From: Candidatus Aminicenantales bacterium | GTDB lineage: Bacteria > Acidobacteriota > Aminicenantia > Aminicenantales > Saccharicenantaceae | Assembly: GCA_049512315.1 (NCBI GenBank) | Contig: JBEKXF010000025.1 | Coordinates: forward strand, 1-44,786 | Length of the DNA stretch: 44,786 bases | Direction: 5' to 3' | Shown: piece by piece, positions 26,965-36,430 of the stretch | How the letters are laid out: every line of letters begins with the position of its first letter | How positions within the stretch are numbered: the stretch's first letter is position 1 | Notes under the pieces: generated by a model | Told to the model about the DNA's origin: nothing | The model's database searches: none | The model's input: the letters and a program-made list of their open reading frames with translations, nothing else | Position numbers and translations under genes: made by a program

Positions 26965-29070
26965 ATGACGATCTTCGGATTGCATTGGCTGGATTTCGCG
27001 ATCGTCGTCGCCTTCGTCCTGATCGTGCTTTGGCTCGGCTGGCGGGCCGGCCGAAAGACGAAGAGTGCCGAGGATTTCTACGTCGCCGGCCGGCGGCTCG
27101 GCAAGTTCTACCAGTTCTTCCTCAACCTGGGGACATCGACCAACGCGGACCAGGCCGTCGTCGTGACCCGCGAAGTCTATCGCCAGGGCATCGGCGGCAT
27201 GTGGATCCAGTACCTGGTCCTGTTCCTGACGCCTTTCTACTGGTTCACGACGGGCTTTTTTCGCCGGGTCCGGCTGGTGACGATCGGGGATTTCTTCTCC
27301 GAGCGGTTCAAGAGCCGGTTCCTGGGAGCCGCTTTCGCCGTTTTCACCCTGTTCATGGCCTTTCTCGGGAACGGTGTCGGCTACATGGTGGCCGCCAAGA
27401 CCATGATGGCCCTGACGCCCAAGCCCGCCGCCAAGTATACGGCCCGGGAGAAGCTCAGCGTCGACCTCTTCCGCGAATACCAGGCCCTCCAGCAAAGAGC
27501 AGCGGCCGGGCTTTCCGCCGACGAGCAGAGGCGGTTCGACGAGCTGGCCGAGCGGTCGAAAAAAGAAGAGCTCAAGGCCTTCATCTCCTATACGGACCCG
27601 GTCGTGATCTACACGATCTACACGGTCATCGTGGCGATCTACACGATGATGGGCGGTTTTTTCGCGGCCGCGATCACGGACGTCATCCAGGGCTTCCTCC
27701 TGACGACATTTTCCGTCATGCTGATCCCCATCGCCCTCTCCCGCATCGGCGGATTCGCCGGCCTCCACGCCGCGGTCCCGGACTTCATGTTCCGGCTCTT
27801 CGGCTCGGCCGCGACGAGCGAGTACGCCTGGTACACGATCCTGGCGATGGTTCTTTCGAACCTCGTCTCCATCATCGCCGTCGCCACGGGCATGCAGACG
27901 GCCGGCTCCGCCAAGAACGAAACGGCTGCCCGGGCCGGCATGATCGGCGGAATGTTCTTCAAGCGCTTCATCATGATCTTCTGGGCTCTGACCGGGCTCC
28001 TGGCCATCGCCCTTTATTCGGGAAAGCTCCACGACCCGGACCTCATCTGGGGCCACATGACCATGGACCTCCTCTTCCCCGGGGCCATCGGGCTGATGAT
28101 GGCCGGGATCCTGTCCGCCAAAATGTCGGCCCTGGCGGGGTCGAGCGTGTCCTATTCGGCCCTCTTCATCCGCAACCTCTACCAGCCGTTCGTCAAGCCG
28201 AAGTCGGACCGCCACCTCATCAACGTCGGTCGCGTCGCGATCGCCGTGACGCTCGTCGGGGGCGTCGGGGTGGCGCTCTTCATCGGCAACCTCCTCGACA
28301 TGTTCAAGTATTTCATCTCGCTCCCGGCGATCTTCGGCGCGGCGATCTGGCTCGGGTTCACCTGGCGCCGGCTGACGAAAGCGGCCGTCATCGTCCAGAT
28401 CTTCGTCTGCTTTGCCGTCTATGCCGTCGTCCCCAACCTTTTCCAGTCCATGGAGTGGGCCAGGACCCGGCCAGCGTTTCTGCGCGAGACGAGGCCCCAG
28501 GTGCTGACCATCACGACCAAGGCCCTGCGCGAGGACGTCGAGGCGGGCCGGGCGGCCGCGGTAGGAGAGATGATCCGGAAGCCGCATGTCAACCCGCCGG
28601 CCGGCATCTTTTTTGAAAAGGTGGCCCTGACCGAGCCCAAGGACCTGAACTCGCCGCGGATCGGGATCGGCCGGTTCCAGGCGGAGGTCTGGGTTTTGAG
28701 CTGGTTCGGGGCTGATTTCTCGGGATTTTCAAAGGCCCAGCTCAACGCCATCCGGTTCGGGTTCGACGCCCTGTTTCCGTTCCTTTTGCTTTTCCTGCTG
28801 AGCCCCCTGACCAGACCCATCCCGAAGGCGGACCTGGACCGCTTCTTCGCCAAGGTCCATACCCCGGTCCAGCCGACGCCCGGGGACGAGGAGCGGGCGC
28901 TCCGCCGCGCGGTCGAGCATTACGACGAGATCGAGAGGAAGAAGCTCTGGCCGGGCTCGAGCTGGGAGCTCATGAAGCCGGTCCGGGCCGACGTCCTCGG
29001 CTTCTTCGGAAGCTGGCTCCTTGTCGGGGTCATCATCTTCCTCCTCTGGCTCATGGTTAATATTAAGTAA
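26965..29070 (+). CDS. Sodium:solute symporter (SSS) family protein
   Basis: EDFYVAGRRLG, T.GDFF.ERF, YTMMGGFFAAAITD.IQG, G..GL..AGILSA.MS; multiple TM helices. Confidence 0.9.
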   Translation: MTIFGLHWLDFAIVVAFVLIVLWLGWRAGRKTKSAEDFYVAGRRLGKFYQFFLNLGTSTNADQAVVVTREVYRQGIGGMWIQYLVLFLTPFYWFTTGFFRRVRLVTIGDFFSERFKSRFLGAAFAVFTLFMAFLGNGVGYMVAAKTMMALTPKPAAKYTAREKLSVDLFREYQALQQRAAAGLSADEQRRFDELAERSKKEELKAFISYTDPVVIYTIYTVIVAIYTMMGGFFAAAITDVIQGFLLTTFSVMLIPIALSRIGGFAGLHAAVPDFMFRLFGSAATSEYAWYTILAMVLSNLVSIIAVATGMQTAGSAKNETAARAGMIGGMFFKRFIMIFWALTGLLAIALYSGKLHDPDLIWGHMTMDLLFPGAIGLMMAGILSAKMSALAGSSVSYSALFIRNLYQPFVKPKSDRHLINVGRVAIAVTLVGGVGVALFIGNLLDMFKYFISLPAIFGAAIWLGFTWRRLTKAAVIVQIFVCFAVYAVVPNLFQSMEWARTRPAFLRETRPQVLTITTKALREDVEAGRAAAVGEMIRKPHVNPPAGIFFEKVALTEPKDLNSPRIGIGRFQAEVWVLSWFGADFSGFSKAQLNAIRFGFDALFPFLLLFLLSPLTRPIPKADLDRFFAKVHTPVQPTPGDEERALRRAVEHYDEIERKKLWPGSSWELMKPVRADVLGFFGSWLLVGVIIFLLWLMVNIK

Positions 29071-29138
29071 CTCCGTTCCCGAATCATCGTCATGGTAAGA
29101 CTCCGGATACGGCTTCCGCTTCCTTTGAGGTTGAGCTC

Positions 29139-29277
29139 GGGGGATTCCCTCCGTCGGGTCGCGGGTTTGTCCCGGCGAGCCAAATCCGCTTCGGTTCCGG
29201 GCCTCGCTCCCCTCGCCCAAGGGGCGAGGGTCCGTGCCCGCTCGGCCCTCCACACGCCCTCCTCCGGGAACACCCCC
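29139..29277. repeat. Nested palindromic intergenic element (REP/MITE-like or structured RNA)
   Basis: gggggattccc pairs with gggaacaccccc; inner cgagc/gctcg and cgggc/gcccg; central hairpin ccctcgccc/gggcgaggg. Confidence 0.6.
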
Positions 29278-29437
29278 TGCGCATTTTCCCTACGTCGCTT
29301 CAGCCATCACCATAGCCCCTCTTGACGCACCGTGCCACCCGTCACCGCATCATATCTTGAAGAAAGAGTTTTCCTGCGTCCGCTGATTCATTGAAATTCT
29401 ATTATGTCCACCTGCGATTATCGATATAATAAGAAAA

Positions 29438-30481
29438 ATGAAGGACATCCGCGACCTGACGCTTGAGGAGCTCCGGGCGGAACTCGAAGCAATGGGGGAG
29501 AGACCGTTCCGGGCCGCCCAGATCTTCGACTGGCTCTACCAGAAAGGCGGCTCGGACTTCGCCGGATTCACCAGCCTGTCCAAAAGCTTGCGCGAGAAGC
29601 TCGCGGCCCGATACACGATCGGCCGTCTCGACCTCGAGGCCCGGATGGAAGCCAGGGACGGAACGACCAAGCTCCTCTTCCGCCTCACGGACGGGAGGTT
29701 CGTCGAAACCGTCCTCATCCCGGCGGGGAGACGGACGACCGTCTGCCTCTCGACCCAGGTCGGCTGCAAGTTCGCCTGCGCCTTCTGCGCCAGCGGCCTC
29801 CACGGGTTCAAGCGAAACCTGAGTCCGTCGGAGATCGTCGGCCAGGTCCTTGACCTGGAAAAGGCGCTCGGCGCCGAGATCACCAACTACGTCTTCATGG
29901 GCATGGGAGAGCCCCTGGACAACTTCGACAACCTGGCCAGAGCGATCCGGATCATGAACGCTCCGGAGGGGCTGGCGATCGCGGCCCGCCGGATGACGAT
30001 CTCGACGGCGGGCTTTATTCCGGGCATCGAGCGGCTCAAGGAGCTCGACCTCCAGGTCAACCTCTCGATCTCCCTTCACGGCGTCACGGACAGGCTGCGG
30101 AGCCGGCTCATGCCCATCAACCTGAAATATCCGCTGGAGAAGCTCGTCGCCGCCTGCGAGGATTATGTCCGTTCCGGCGGCCGGATGATCACCCTGGAGT
30201 ACATCCTCATCCGGAACGTCAACGATTCGCTCAACGACGCCGACGGGCTGGCCGGGGTCGCCCGGCGGCTCCGGGCCAAGGTCAACCTGATCGCCTACAG
30301 TCCCGTCGCCGGCCTCGCCTTCGAGACGCCCCCGGAGGCCGACGTCGCGCGCTTCCGGCGCTGGCTCGGGGAGCGCAAGGTCCACGTCACGTTGCGCCAG
30401 TCCAAGGGCCAGGACATCCTCGCGGCCTGCGGCCAGCTCGGCGGGCGGTTCCTGGAGAAGGATCAGGCGGGGGAAGGGTAG
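29438..30481 (+). CDS. rlmN: Dual-specificity 23S rRNA/tRNA m2A methyltransferase RlmN
   Basis: FRAAQIFDWLY, DGT.KLL, CLSTQVGCKFACAFCASG (radical SAM CxxxCxxC), VFMGMGEP, AACGQL. Confidence 0.96.
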   Translation: MKDIRDLTLEELRAELEAMGERPFRAAQIFDWLYQKGGSDFAGFTSLSKSLREKLAARYTIGRLDLEARMEARDGTTKLLFRLTDGRFVETVLIPAGRRTTVCLSTQVGCKFACAFCASGLHGFKRNLSPSEIVGQVLDLEKALGAEITNYVFMGMGEPLDNFDNLARAIRIMNAPEGLAIAARRMTISTAGFIPGIERLKELDLQVNLSISLHGVTDRLRSRLMPINLKYPLEKLVAACEDYVRSGGRMITLEYILIRNVNDSLNDADGLAGVARRLRAKVNLIAYSPVAGLAFETPPEADVARFRRWLGERKVHVTLRQSKGQDILAACGQLGGRFLEKDQAGEG

Positions 30482-30542
30482 GGGCCCCCGGATTCTTGGG
30501 GGATCCGCTCATGATAACGCTCGCGCCGTTTTGGAGGAGATC

Positions 30543-32642
30543 ATGAAACGATGGACCGTTCTGGGTTTGGCGTTCTTGCTGGCCAGCCTCGGCTTCGCGC
30601 CGTCATCCCGGGCCCAGGAGGCGCGGAGGTTTTTCCCGAAAGCCGACCTGATGAAGATCGGCGTCTATTATTATCCGGAGCACTGGCCCACCGACCAGTG
30701 GGAGCGCGATTTCCGGAAGATGACCGAGCTCGGCTTCGAGTTCACCCATTTCGGCGAGTTCGCCTGGGCCTTCCTCGAGCCGGCCGAAGGGAAGTTCGAC
30801 TTCGCTTGGCTCGACCGGGCTATCGACCTCGCCTCCAGGGCCGGGCTCAAGGTCGTCCTGTGTACGCCGACCCCCTGCCCTCCGGCCTGGATGGGAGAGA
30901 AGTACCCCGAGATCTACCTTGTCGGCGGCAACGGCCGGCGCTTGGAACACGGGACTCGGGCCAACGGCTCCCTGGCCAGCGACGTCTTCCGCCGGGCCAC
31001 GAAGCGGATCGTCGAGGAGCTCGCCCGCCGCTATGGACGGGACGAACGAGTCTGGGGCTGGCAGCTCGACAACGAGCCCAGCGCGCCGGCCGACTACAGC
31101 CCCGCGGCCCGGGCGAAATTCCAGTCCTGGCTCGAAAGGAAATACGGGACCATCGATGCTTTGAACAAAGCCTGGGGAGGGAATTTCTGGAGCACCAAGT
31201 ACGATCGGTTCGGCCAGGTCCTCATCCCGAACGAGAGCCTCTTCGGGGAAGACGCCCTGAGCCCCCACGCCCTTCTCGACTTCCGGCGGTTCACGGCCGA
31301 CACCCAGGCCGATTTCCTCCATTTTCAGCGGGATATCCTTCGCGCCTACGTCCGGCCGGAGCAGTGGATCACGACGAACTACATCAACGTCATCGATTCG
31401 GCCGACCCGCGGCGGACCGACCGGCTCGATTTCGCTTCGTTCACGATGTACCCCGTGCGCGGCGAGAAGAACCTGGGAGAGCTCGGCTTCCGCTTGGGAT
31501 CGCCCTACCGGCTCACGTTCGCCACGGATTTCTACCGTTCGATCAAGGGCGTCACCGGCGTCATGGAGCTCCAGCCGGGCCAGATCAATTGGGCCCCGGT
31601 CAATCCCCAGCCGCAACCAGGGGCGGTCCGGATGTGGCTCTGGCACGCCTTCGCCGGCGGGTGCTCTTTCGCCTGCACCTACCGCTACCGTCAGGCGCGC
31701 TACGGGAGCGAGCTCTATCACGCGGGTATCGTCGGCCCGGACGGAGTGACGCCCTCCCGCGGGGGGCTGGAATACGCCCAGGTCGCCGCCGAGATGAAGA
31801 AGCTCCGCGGCCTTTACGACCCGAAAGCGACCCTGCCCGCCCGGCTCGCCGGCCGGAAGACAGCCATCCTCTGGAGCTACGACGTGATGTGGGACCTCGA
31901 CATCCACAAGCAAACGGGGCTCTGGGATACCTGGGACCACCGGTTCAAGCTGATGGCCGCGGCCAAGGCCCTGGGGGCCCCGCTGGACTATGTCGGCGAG
32001 GAAGACGATTTCAGCAAGTATCCCTTCCTCATCGCCCCGGCCTATCAGCTGGTGGACGCGGCCCTCATCGAAAAATGGCGCCGCTACGCCGAGGCCGGCG
32101 GCCATCTCATCCTGACCTGCCGGACGGGCGAGAAGGACAAGAACGGCCAGCTCCCGGAGGCGCCCTGGGCGGGGATGATCGCGCCGCTCATCGGGGCCGA
32201 GGTCGAGATGTTCGATGGTCTGCTCGCGGACGGTCGCGGCGAGGTTAGGATGAACGGCGCGGGCTATGAATGGAACCGCTGGGCCGATGTCCTCAAAGCC
32301 GGGGAAGGAACGGAGACGCTGGCCGTCTACGCCGATCAGTTCTACGCTGGAAAGCCGGCCGTCGTGACGCGCAAGCTCGGCCGGGGAACGGTCACCTATA
32401 TCGGCGTCGATACGCTCGAAGGAAAGCTCGAACGGGACGTCCTGAGGGTCGTTTATCGCCGGGCCGGGGCCGAGATCGAGAACTATCCTCCCGGCGTTTA
32501 TGTGGAATGGCGGGACGGTTTTCTCGTCGCGGTCAATTACTCGTCAACGGCTTACGTCGTGCCGGTCCAGCCGGGCTCGACCATCATCTTTGGTTCGAAC
32601 CCGCTTCCGCCGGCCAGCGTTCTCGTCTGGCGCGAGCGTTAG
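30543..32642 (+). CDS. Exported beta-galactosidase, GH42
   Basis: GVYYYPEHWP, GEFAW..LEP.EG.FDF.WLD, LCTPT..PPAW, WQLDNE (acid/base), MELQPG (nucleophile), trimerisation domain, N-terminal signal peptide. Confidence 0.92.
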   Translation: MKRWTVLGLAFLLASLGFAPSSRAQEARRFFPKADLMKIGVYYYPEHWPTDQWERDFRKMTELGFEFTHFGEFAWAFLEPAEGKFDFAWLDRAIDLASRAGLKVVLCTPTPCPPAWMGEKYPEIYLVGGNGRRLEHGTRANGSLASDVFRRATKRIVEELARRYGRDERVWGWQLDNEPSAPADYSPAARAKFQSWLERKYGTIDALNKAWGGNFWSTKYDRFGQVLIPNESLFGEDALSPHALLDFRRFTADTQADFLHFQRDILRAYVRPEQWITTNYINVIDSADPRRTDRLDFASFTMYPVRGEKNLGELGFRLGSPYRLTFATDFYRSIKGVTGVMELQPGQINWAPVNPQPQPGAVRMWLWHAFAGGCSFACTYRYRQARYGSELYHAGIVGPDGVTPSRGGLEYAQVAAEMKKLRGLYDPKATLPARLAGRKTAILWSYDVMWDLDIHKQTGLWDTWDHRFKLMAAAKALGAPLDYVGEEDDFSKYPFLIAPAYQLVDAALIEKWRRYAEAGGHLILTCRTGEKDKNGQLPEAPWAGMIAPLIGAEVEMFDGLLADGRGEVRMNGAGYEWNRWADVLKAGEGTETLAVYADQFYAGKPAVVTRKLGRGTVTYIGVDTLEGKLERDVLRVVYRRAGAEIENYPPGVYVEWRDGFLVAVNYSSTAYVVPVQPGSTIIFGSNPLPPASVLVWRER

Positions 32643-32644
32643 GC

Positions 32645-33928
32645 CTACCGCCTCCTCAGCACGGCGAGGGTTTCGATGTGCGGAGTGTGGGGAAAGAAGT
32701 CGTAGATTTTCAACCCGCTGATTTCGTAGGCCGTGAGCAGGGTCTTCAGGTCCCGGGCGAGGGTCGTCGGGTTGCAGGAAAGATAAAGAACGAGGGGCAC
32801 CCCCGAGGCCGCCAGCTCCCGGAGCATCCCCGTGTCCACGCCCTTGCGCGGCGGGTCGAGGATGACAACGCCGATGTCCCTTTCGAGGAGCGACGGCAGC
32901 CACTCTTCGCTCGTCCCCTCGCAGACGGTGAAGTTCCCGGCCCTGTTGAGGCTCATGTTCTTCCTCAGGAACGGCATGTTGGCCGGGTCCGGCTCGACGC
33001 CGAAGACCTCCCTGGCATCTCCGGCCAGGAACAATCCGAACGTCCCGAGGCCGCAGTAGAGGTCGGCAATGCCGGCCCCGGAAAAATCCCGGAGGGTTTC
33101 TTTCAGGTCGTCGAGAACCTTCTCCAGGATCCCCACGTTGACCTGGAAGAACGACCGGGCCCCGATCCTGTATCTCGTCCCCCGGATCTCCTCTTCAAGC
33201 CGGGCGACGCCCCCGAGCGTTTCCTCGCGGATCCTCTGGCCTTCTCTCACCAGCCCGACGATCCCGGAAAGCGGGAACCGGTCGTGAAGCCCGGCCATCT
33301 TCCCGGCCATTTCTTCGATCCTCGACGCCGACTCGAGATGGATAACAGCCAGGAGCCTCCCCCGGGACCGGCTCTCCCTGACCTCCAGACCGGAGACGGC
33401 CTCCCATTCTTCCCGGTTGATGAACCCGAGGAGCTCGGTCACGAGGTCGTTCGTCCGGTCGGAGACGAGATAGCACCGGTCGACCGGGAGGAAAGCCGTT
33501 TCCTCGCCGGGCTCGTGGTAGAAGGCCCGGGCCTGTCCGTCCTCCCGGAGGATCCGGAGCCGGATCCTGTTCCTGTAGCCCCAGATCTCGGGCGACGGCG
33601 TCACCGTCAACCTCTCGAGTTTGAGCTTCAGCTCGCGGTTGACGATCTCCTCGACCTGGGCTTTCTTGACGGACAGCTGAGTCTCGTAGTCGATGTCCTG
33701 GTAAGGCGAGCAGGCCAGGAAATGGCCGCATCGCGGTTCGACCCGGGAGGCCGATCTTTCGAGAATGCTCTTGGTCCTGCCTTCGGCGAAGGTCTTCCGG
33801 TCCCTGACGATCTCGACCTCCACCGTCTCTCCGGGAAGCCCCCGGTCCGTGAAGACGACCTTTCCCTGGTCGAGGGCTAGCCTCCGGCCCGGGTAGACGA
33901 TTTTATTGATCTTCAAAATTGGGGACAC
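32645..33928 (-). CDS. rlmD: 23S rRNA (uracil-C5)-methyltransferase RlmD/TrmA family, with TRAM domain
   Basis: GLPGE TRAM domain, GYRNR, SFFQVN, DLYCGLG, ILDPPRKG, YLSCNP.TLARDL, DFFPHTPHIE. Confidence 0.9.
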   Translation of the reverse strand: MSPILKINKIVYPGRRLALDQGKVVFTDRGLPGETVEVEIVRDRKTFAEGRTKSILERSASRVEPRCGHFLACSPYQDIDYETQLSVKKAQVEEIVNRELKLKLERLTVTPSPEIWGYRNRIRLRILREDGQARAFYHEPGEETAFLPVDRCYLVSDRTNDLVTELLGFINREEWEAVSGLEVRESRSRGRLLAVIHLESASRIEEMAGKMAGLHDRFPLSGIVGLVREGQRIREETLGGVARLEEEIRGTRYRIGARSFFQVNVGILEKVLDDLKETLRDFSGAGIADLYCGLGTFGLFLAGDAREVFGVEPDPANMPFLRKNMSLNRAGNFTVCEGTSEEWLPSLLERDIGVVILDPPRKGVDTGMLRELAASGVPLVLYLSCNPTTLARDLKTLLTAYEISGLKIYDFFPHTPHIETLAVLRRR

Positions 33929-33993
33929 GATACTAATTTCCTATTTTCGGAGGGCCTGACTGGATTTCATGGCTGAAGCTTCACGGTAAAGCT

Positions 33994-35247
33994 CTATTCA
34001 GGGGACCCGGCTTTTGCGGAATTCGGAAATGAATATTGTATCCCCAATTTGACAAGACGGCCTTTCGCGCTCCAGGAGATGCCCAGCTCGGAAGGCAGGG
34101 CGTTGGCCGCATAACAGCCTTCGAGTGCGTCATCCAGGCCTTCCACCCAGATCCTCCGGGATCCTTTTTCCTCGAGCAGGTGCCGAAGCCCTTCGGGAAA
34201 ATCCCTGATCTCCGGCATGGAATCCTGCATCCCGTTGATGCAGAGCGTCTGGCTCGAGGCCGCTTCCAGTCCGCAGACGGGCCGCTCCCCGGTCCGCACG
34301 CTCCGGATCGCCTCCCAAAGCTTGTTCATGCCTCCTGCGTCGGGGACGCCGTAGCTCTTGGACGCTCCGGTCGCGGGCTCGGCCCAGATGCCCGAGGTGC
34401 GGCTCGAGCAGCGGACGACCCCCTTTTCGAATTCATAGGAGAATACGGGGCCGTTTTCCTTGCGAGGCGCATGGCTGACATAGAACAGGATCTCAACGCC
34501 GTCCCCGGTCCTGGCCCGCATCGCCGCCGTATCGAAATTCTCGATGGGGTTGGCCCGGAAGAGCTCGGCTTCGACCTCGACCGGCACGGCCGCCGCGCTC
34601 CTCTCCTTCCCCAGGACATAGAACATGTTGTGGAGGTCGTGGGCCATGGCGTTCTGGGCCGGGCTGTCGAGGACCCAGCCGCCCGTCGCGTCCCGCTTTT
34701 TCCCCGCCCAGCTCGTCCGCTCATAATATTTTTCGTCCCGGGGCCACAGGTAGAGGCACTTCAGGCGCTTCGGCCGGCCGAACAGGCCGTCCATGATGTC
34801 CCTCTTCAATTCCTGGACCGCCGGGCTGAACGACCACTGGTAGCCGACGGATACCCAACGGTCCGCCGTCCTTTCCGCCTCGATCATCGCCCGCGCTTCC
34901 CGGATCGTCCCAGCCACGGGCTTCTCACAGAGGACGTCGCTTCCCTTCGTCAGGGCGAGACACGTCTGGTCGGCGTGGAACTGGATGGGGGAGGAGACGA
35001 CGGCCAGCTCGGCCGTCCTGTTCCTGAAGAAGTCCTCGAGGGTCGCGAACACGGGGACCCCCGCGGCTCGAAGCTCCTCGAGCCAGGCGCAGCGCTCCGG
35101 CTCGGGGTCGACGGCGCCGGCGATCCGGAACGTCCCGGAATCTTTCGCATCCAGGAGCTCCCGGACATAGACGGCGCCCATCCCGCCGATCCCGACCAGG
35201 ACGAGCGAAACGGGAGCCTTGACCATTTGCCGCACCTGAATCCTCAT
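33994..35247 (-). CDS. Gfo/Idh/MocA family oxidoreductase
   Basis: LVGIGGMG, SSPIQFH, VLCEKP, VGYQW, GGWVLD....AMAH. Start may be 35226. Confidence 0.9.
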   Translation of the reverse strand: MRIQVRQMVKAPVSLVLVGIGGMGAVYVRELLDAKDSGTFRIAGAVDPEPERCAWLEELRAAGVPVFATLEDFFRNRTAELAVVSSPIQFHADQTCLALTKGSDVLCEKPVAGTIREARAMIEAERTADRWVSVGYQWSFSPAVQELKRDIMDGLFGRPKRLKCLYLWPRDEKYYERTSWAGKKRDATGGWVLDSPAQNAMAHDLHNMFYVLGKERSAAAVPVEVEAELFRANPIENFDTAAMRARTGDGVEILFYVSHAPRKENGPVFSYEFEKGVVRCSSRTSGIWAEPATGASKSYGVPDAGGMNKLWEAIRSVRTGERPVCGLEAASSQTLCINGMQDSMPEIRDFPEGLRHLLEEKGSRRIWVEGLDDALEGCYAANALPSELGISWSAKGRLVKLGIQYSFPNSAKAGSPE

Positions 35248-35290
35248 GGACCTTCAATCATTATGTCATAGCGAGGAGTGGCTTTCCCTC

Positions 35291-36430
35291 TCAATATTCG
35301 CACAGTTTCCGGTACTCGTCCAGCATGGCCAGGTAGTTGTCGTACTTCGTCCCCACGGCGACGCTGTGGCTCGAGCCGAGGATGAACCGGCCGCCCGGCT
35401 TGGCGCAGGCCATGGCCCGCCGAACGTCCCGCCGGACGTCTTCCATAGTCCCCCCGACCAGGTTCTCGACGGCGACTCCGCCCCACAGCGTGATCCTGTC
35501 GCCATGGCTCTTTTTCAGGGCGCAGATGTCCATGCCGGCCGTGGGCTGGATGGACTGGTAGGCGTCGAAGCCGATCTCGACGAAATCATCCATCAGGGCG
35601 TTGACGTTGCCGCAGCAGTGCTTGAGGATCTTCTTCCCGAATATTTCCCTGACGTTCCGGGCCCGGGCCTTGTTGGCCTCAAGAAACAGATCGCGGAACA
35701 TCCGCGGGCTGATGAGCGGGCCCTTGCCGTAGCCCAGGTCCTCTGCCCAGAGGACGGCGTCGGAGTCCGGATGGATCATGACCCCATCGGCCAGGTTCTG
35801 CTGTTTGACGAGGAAGGCCGTCGCCGCCCGGACGGCGTCCCGGTTCCCCCCGATCTCGAGAAGACCGCGCTCCATGCCGCCGAGGAGGACGATCCCGATC
35901 GACCCGCCCGAGGGCCCGCAGATGAACTTTTCGCCCCTGAGTTCTTGGATGACCGCGTCCAGGATCTTCCAGGACCGGTCGTCGCGCCGCGGCGGGTCCG
36001 GCTCCCTCTCGAATTCGGCCGCGGTGAAGACCTTCGCGTCCCTCACTGGGTCGCGGACGCAGGTGATGTCGTGGGTGATGTCCGAGAGCTTCCAGACGCG
36101 GCCGTACCTGTCTTCCCAGGTCGCCGGGTCGATGCGGCGCGGCGGCGGGTCGCCGGTCTCGGGCGGCATCTCCCAGGTCGCCATGGGGAAGGTGACGATG
36201 TCGAGCCCGAGCCTGCGGTGGAGTTCGAGGTGGTCTTTGAGCCAGCTTTCGGCGACCTCGTCACGCCGGCCTTCCCAAAAGGCGATCTGGGACCTGGCCT
36301 TGGCCCTCAGGTAGGTCTCGTGGCCGATGATCTTCTCGACGGTGTCGAAATCGACAGCGAACTCCCCGTAGGGGACCGTGTCGGGGATTCGCCCTTCGAG
36401 GGCCGCGAAGACCCTTTCCCGTGAGTTCAC
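35291..36430 (-). CDS. UroD/MtaA-fold protein
   Basis: NSRERV, EDLGY..GPLISP.MFR, KHCCGN, QSIQPTAGMD, ITLWGGV, GGRFILGSSHS. GTG start overlaps the GH38 stop. Confidence 0.85.
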   Translation of the reverse strand: MNSRERVFAALEGRIPDTVPYGEFAVDFDTVEKIIGHETYLRAKARSQIAFWEGRRDEVAESWLKDHLELHRRLGLDIVTFPMATWEMPPETGDPPPRRIDPATWEDRYGRVWKLSDITHDITCVRDPVRDAKVFTAAEFEREPDPPRRDDRSWKILDAVIQELRGEKFICGPSGGSIGIVLLGGMERGLLEIGGNRDAVRAATAFLVKQQNLADGVMIHPDSDAVLWAEDLGYGKGPLISPRMFRDLFLEANKARARNVREIFGKKILKHCCGNVNALMDDFVEIGFDAYQSIQPTAGMDICALKKSHGDRITLWGGVAVENLVGGTMEDVRRDVRRAMACAKPGGRFILGSSHSVAVGTKYDNYLAMLDEYRKLCEY

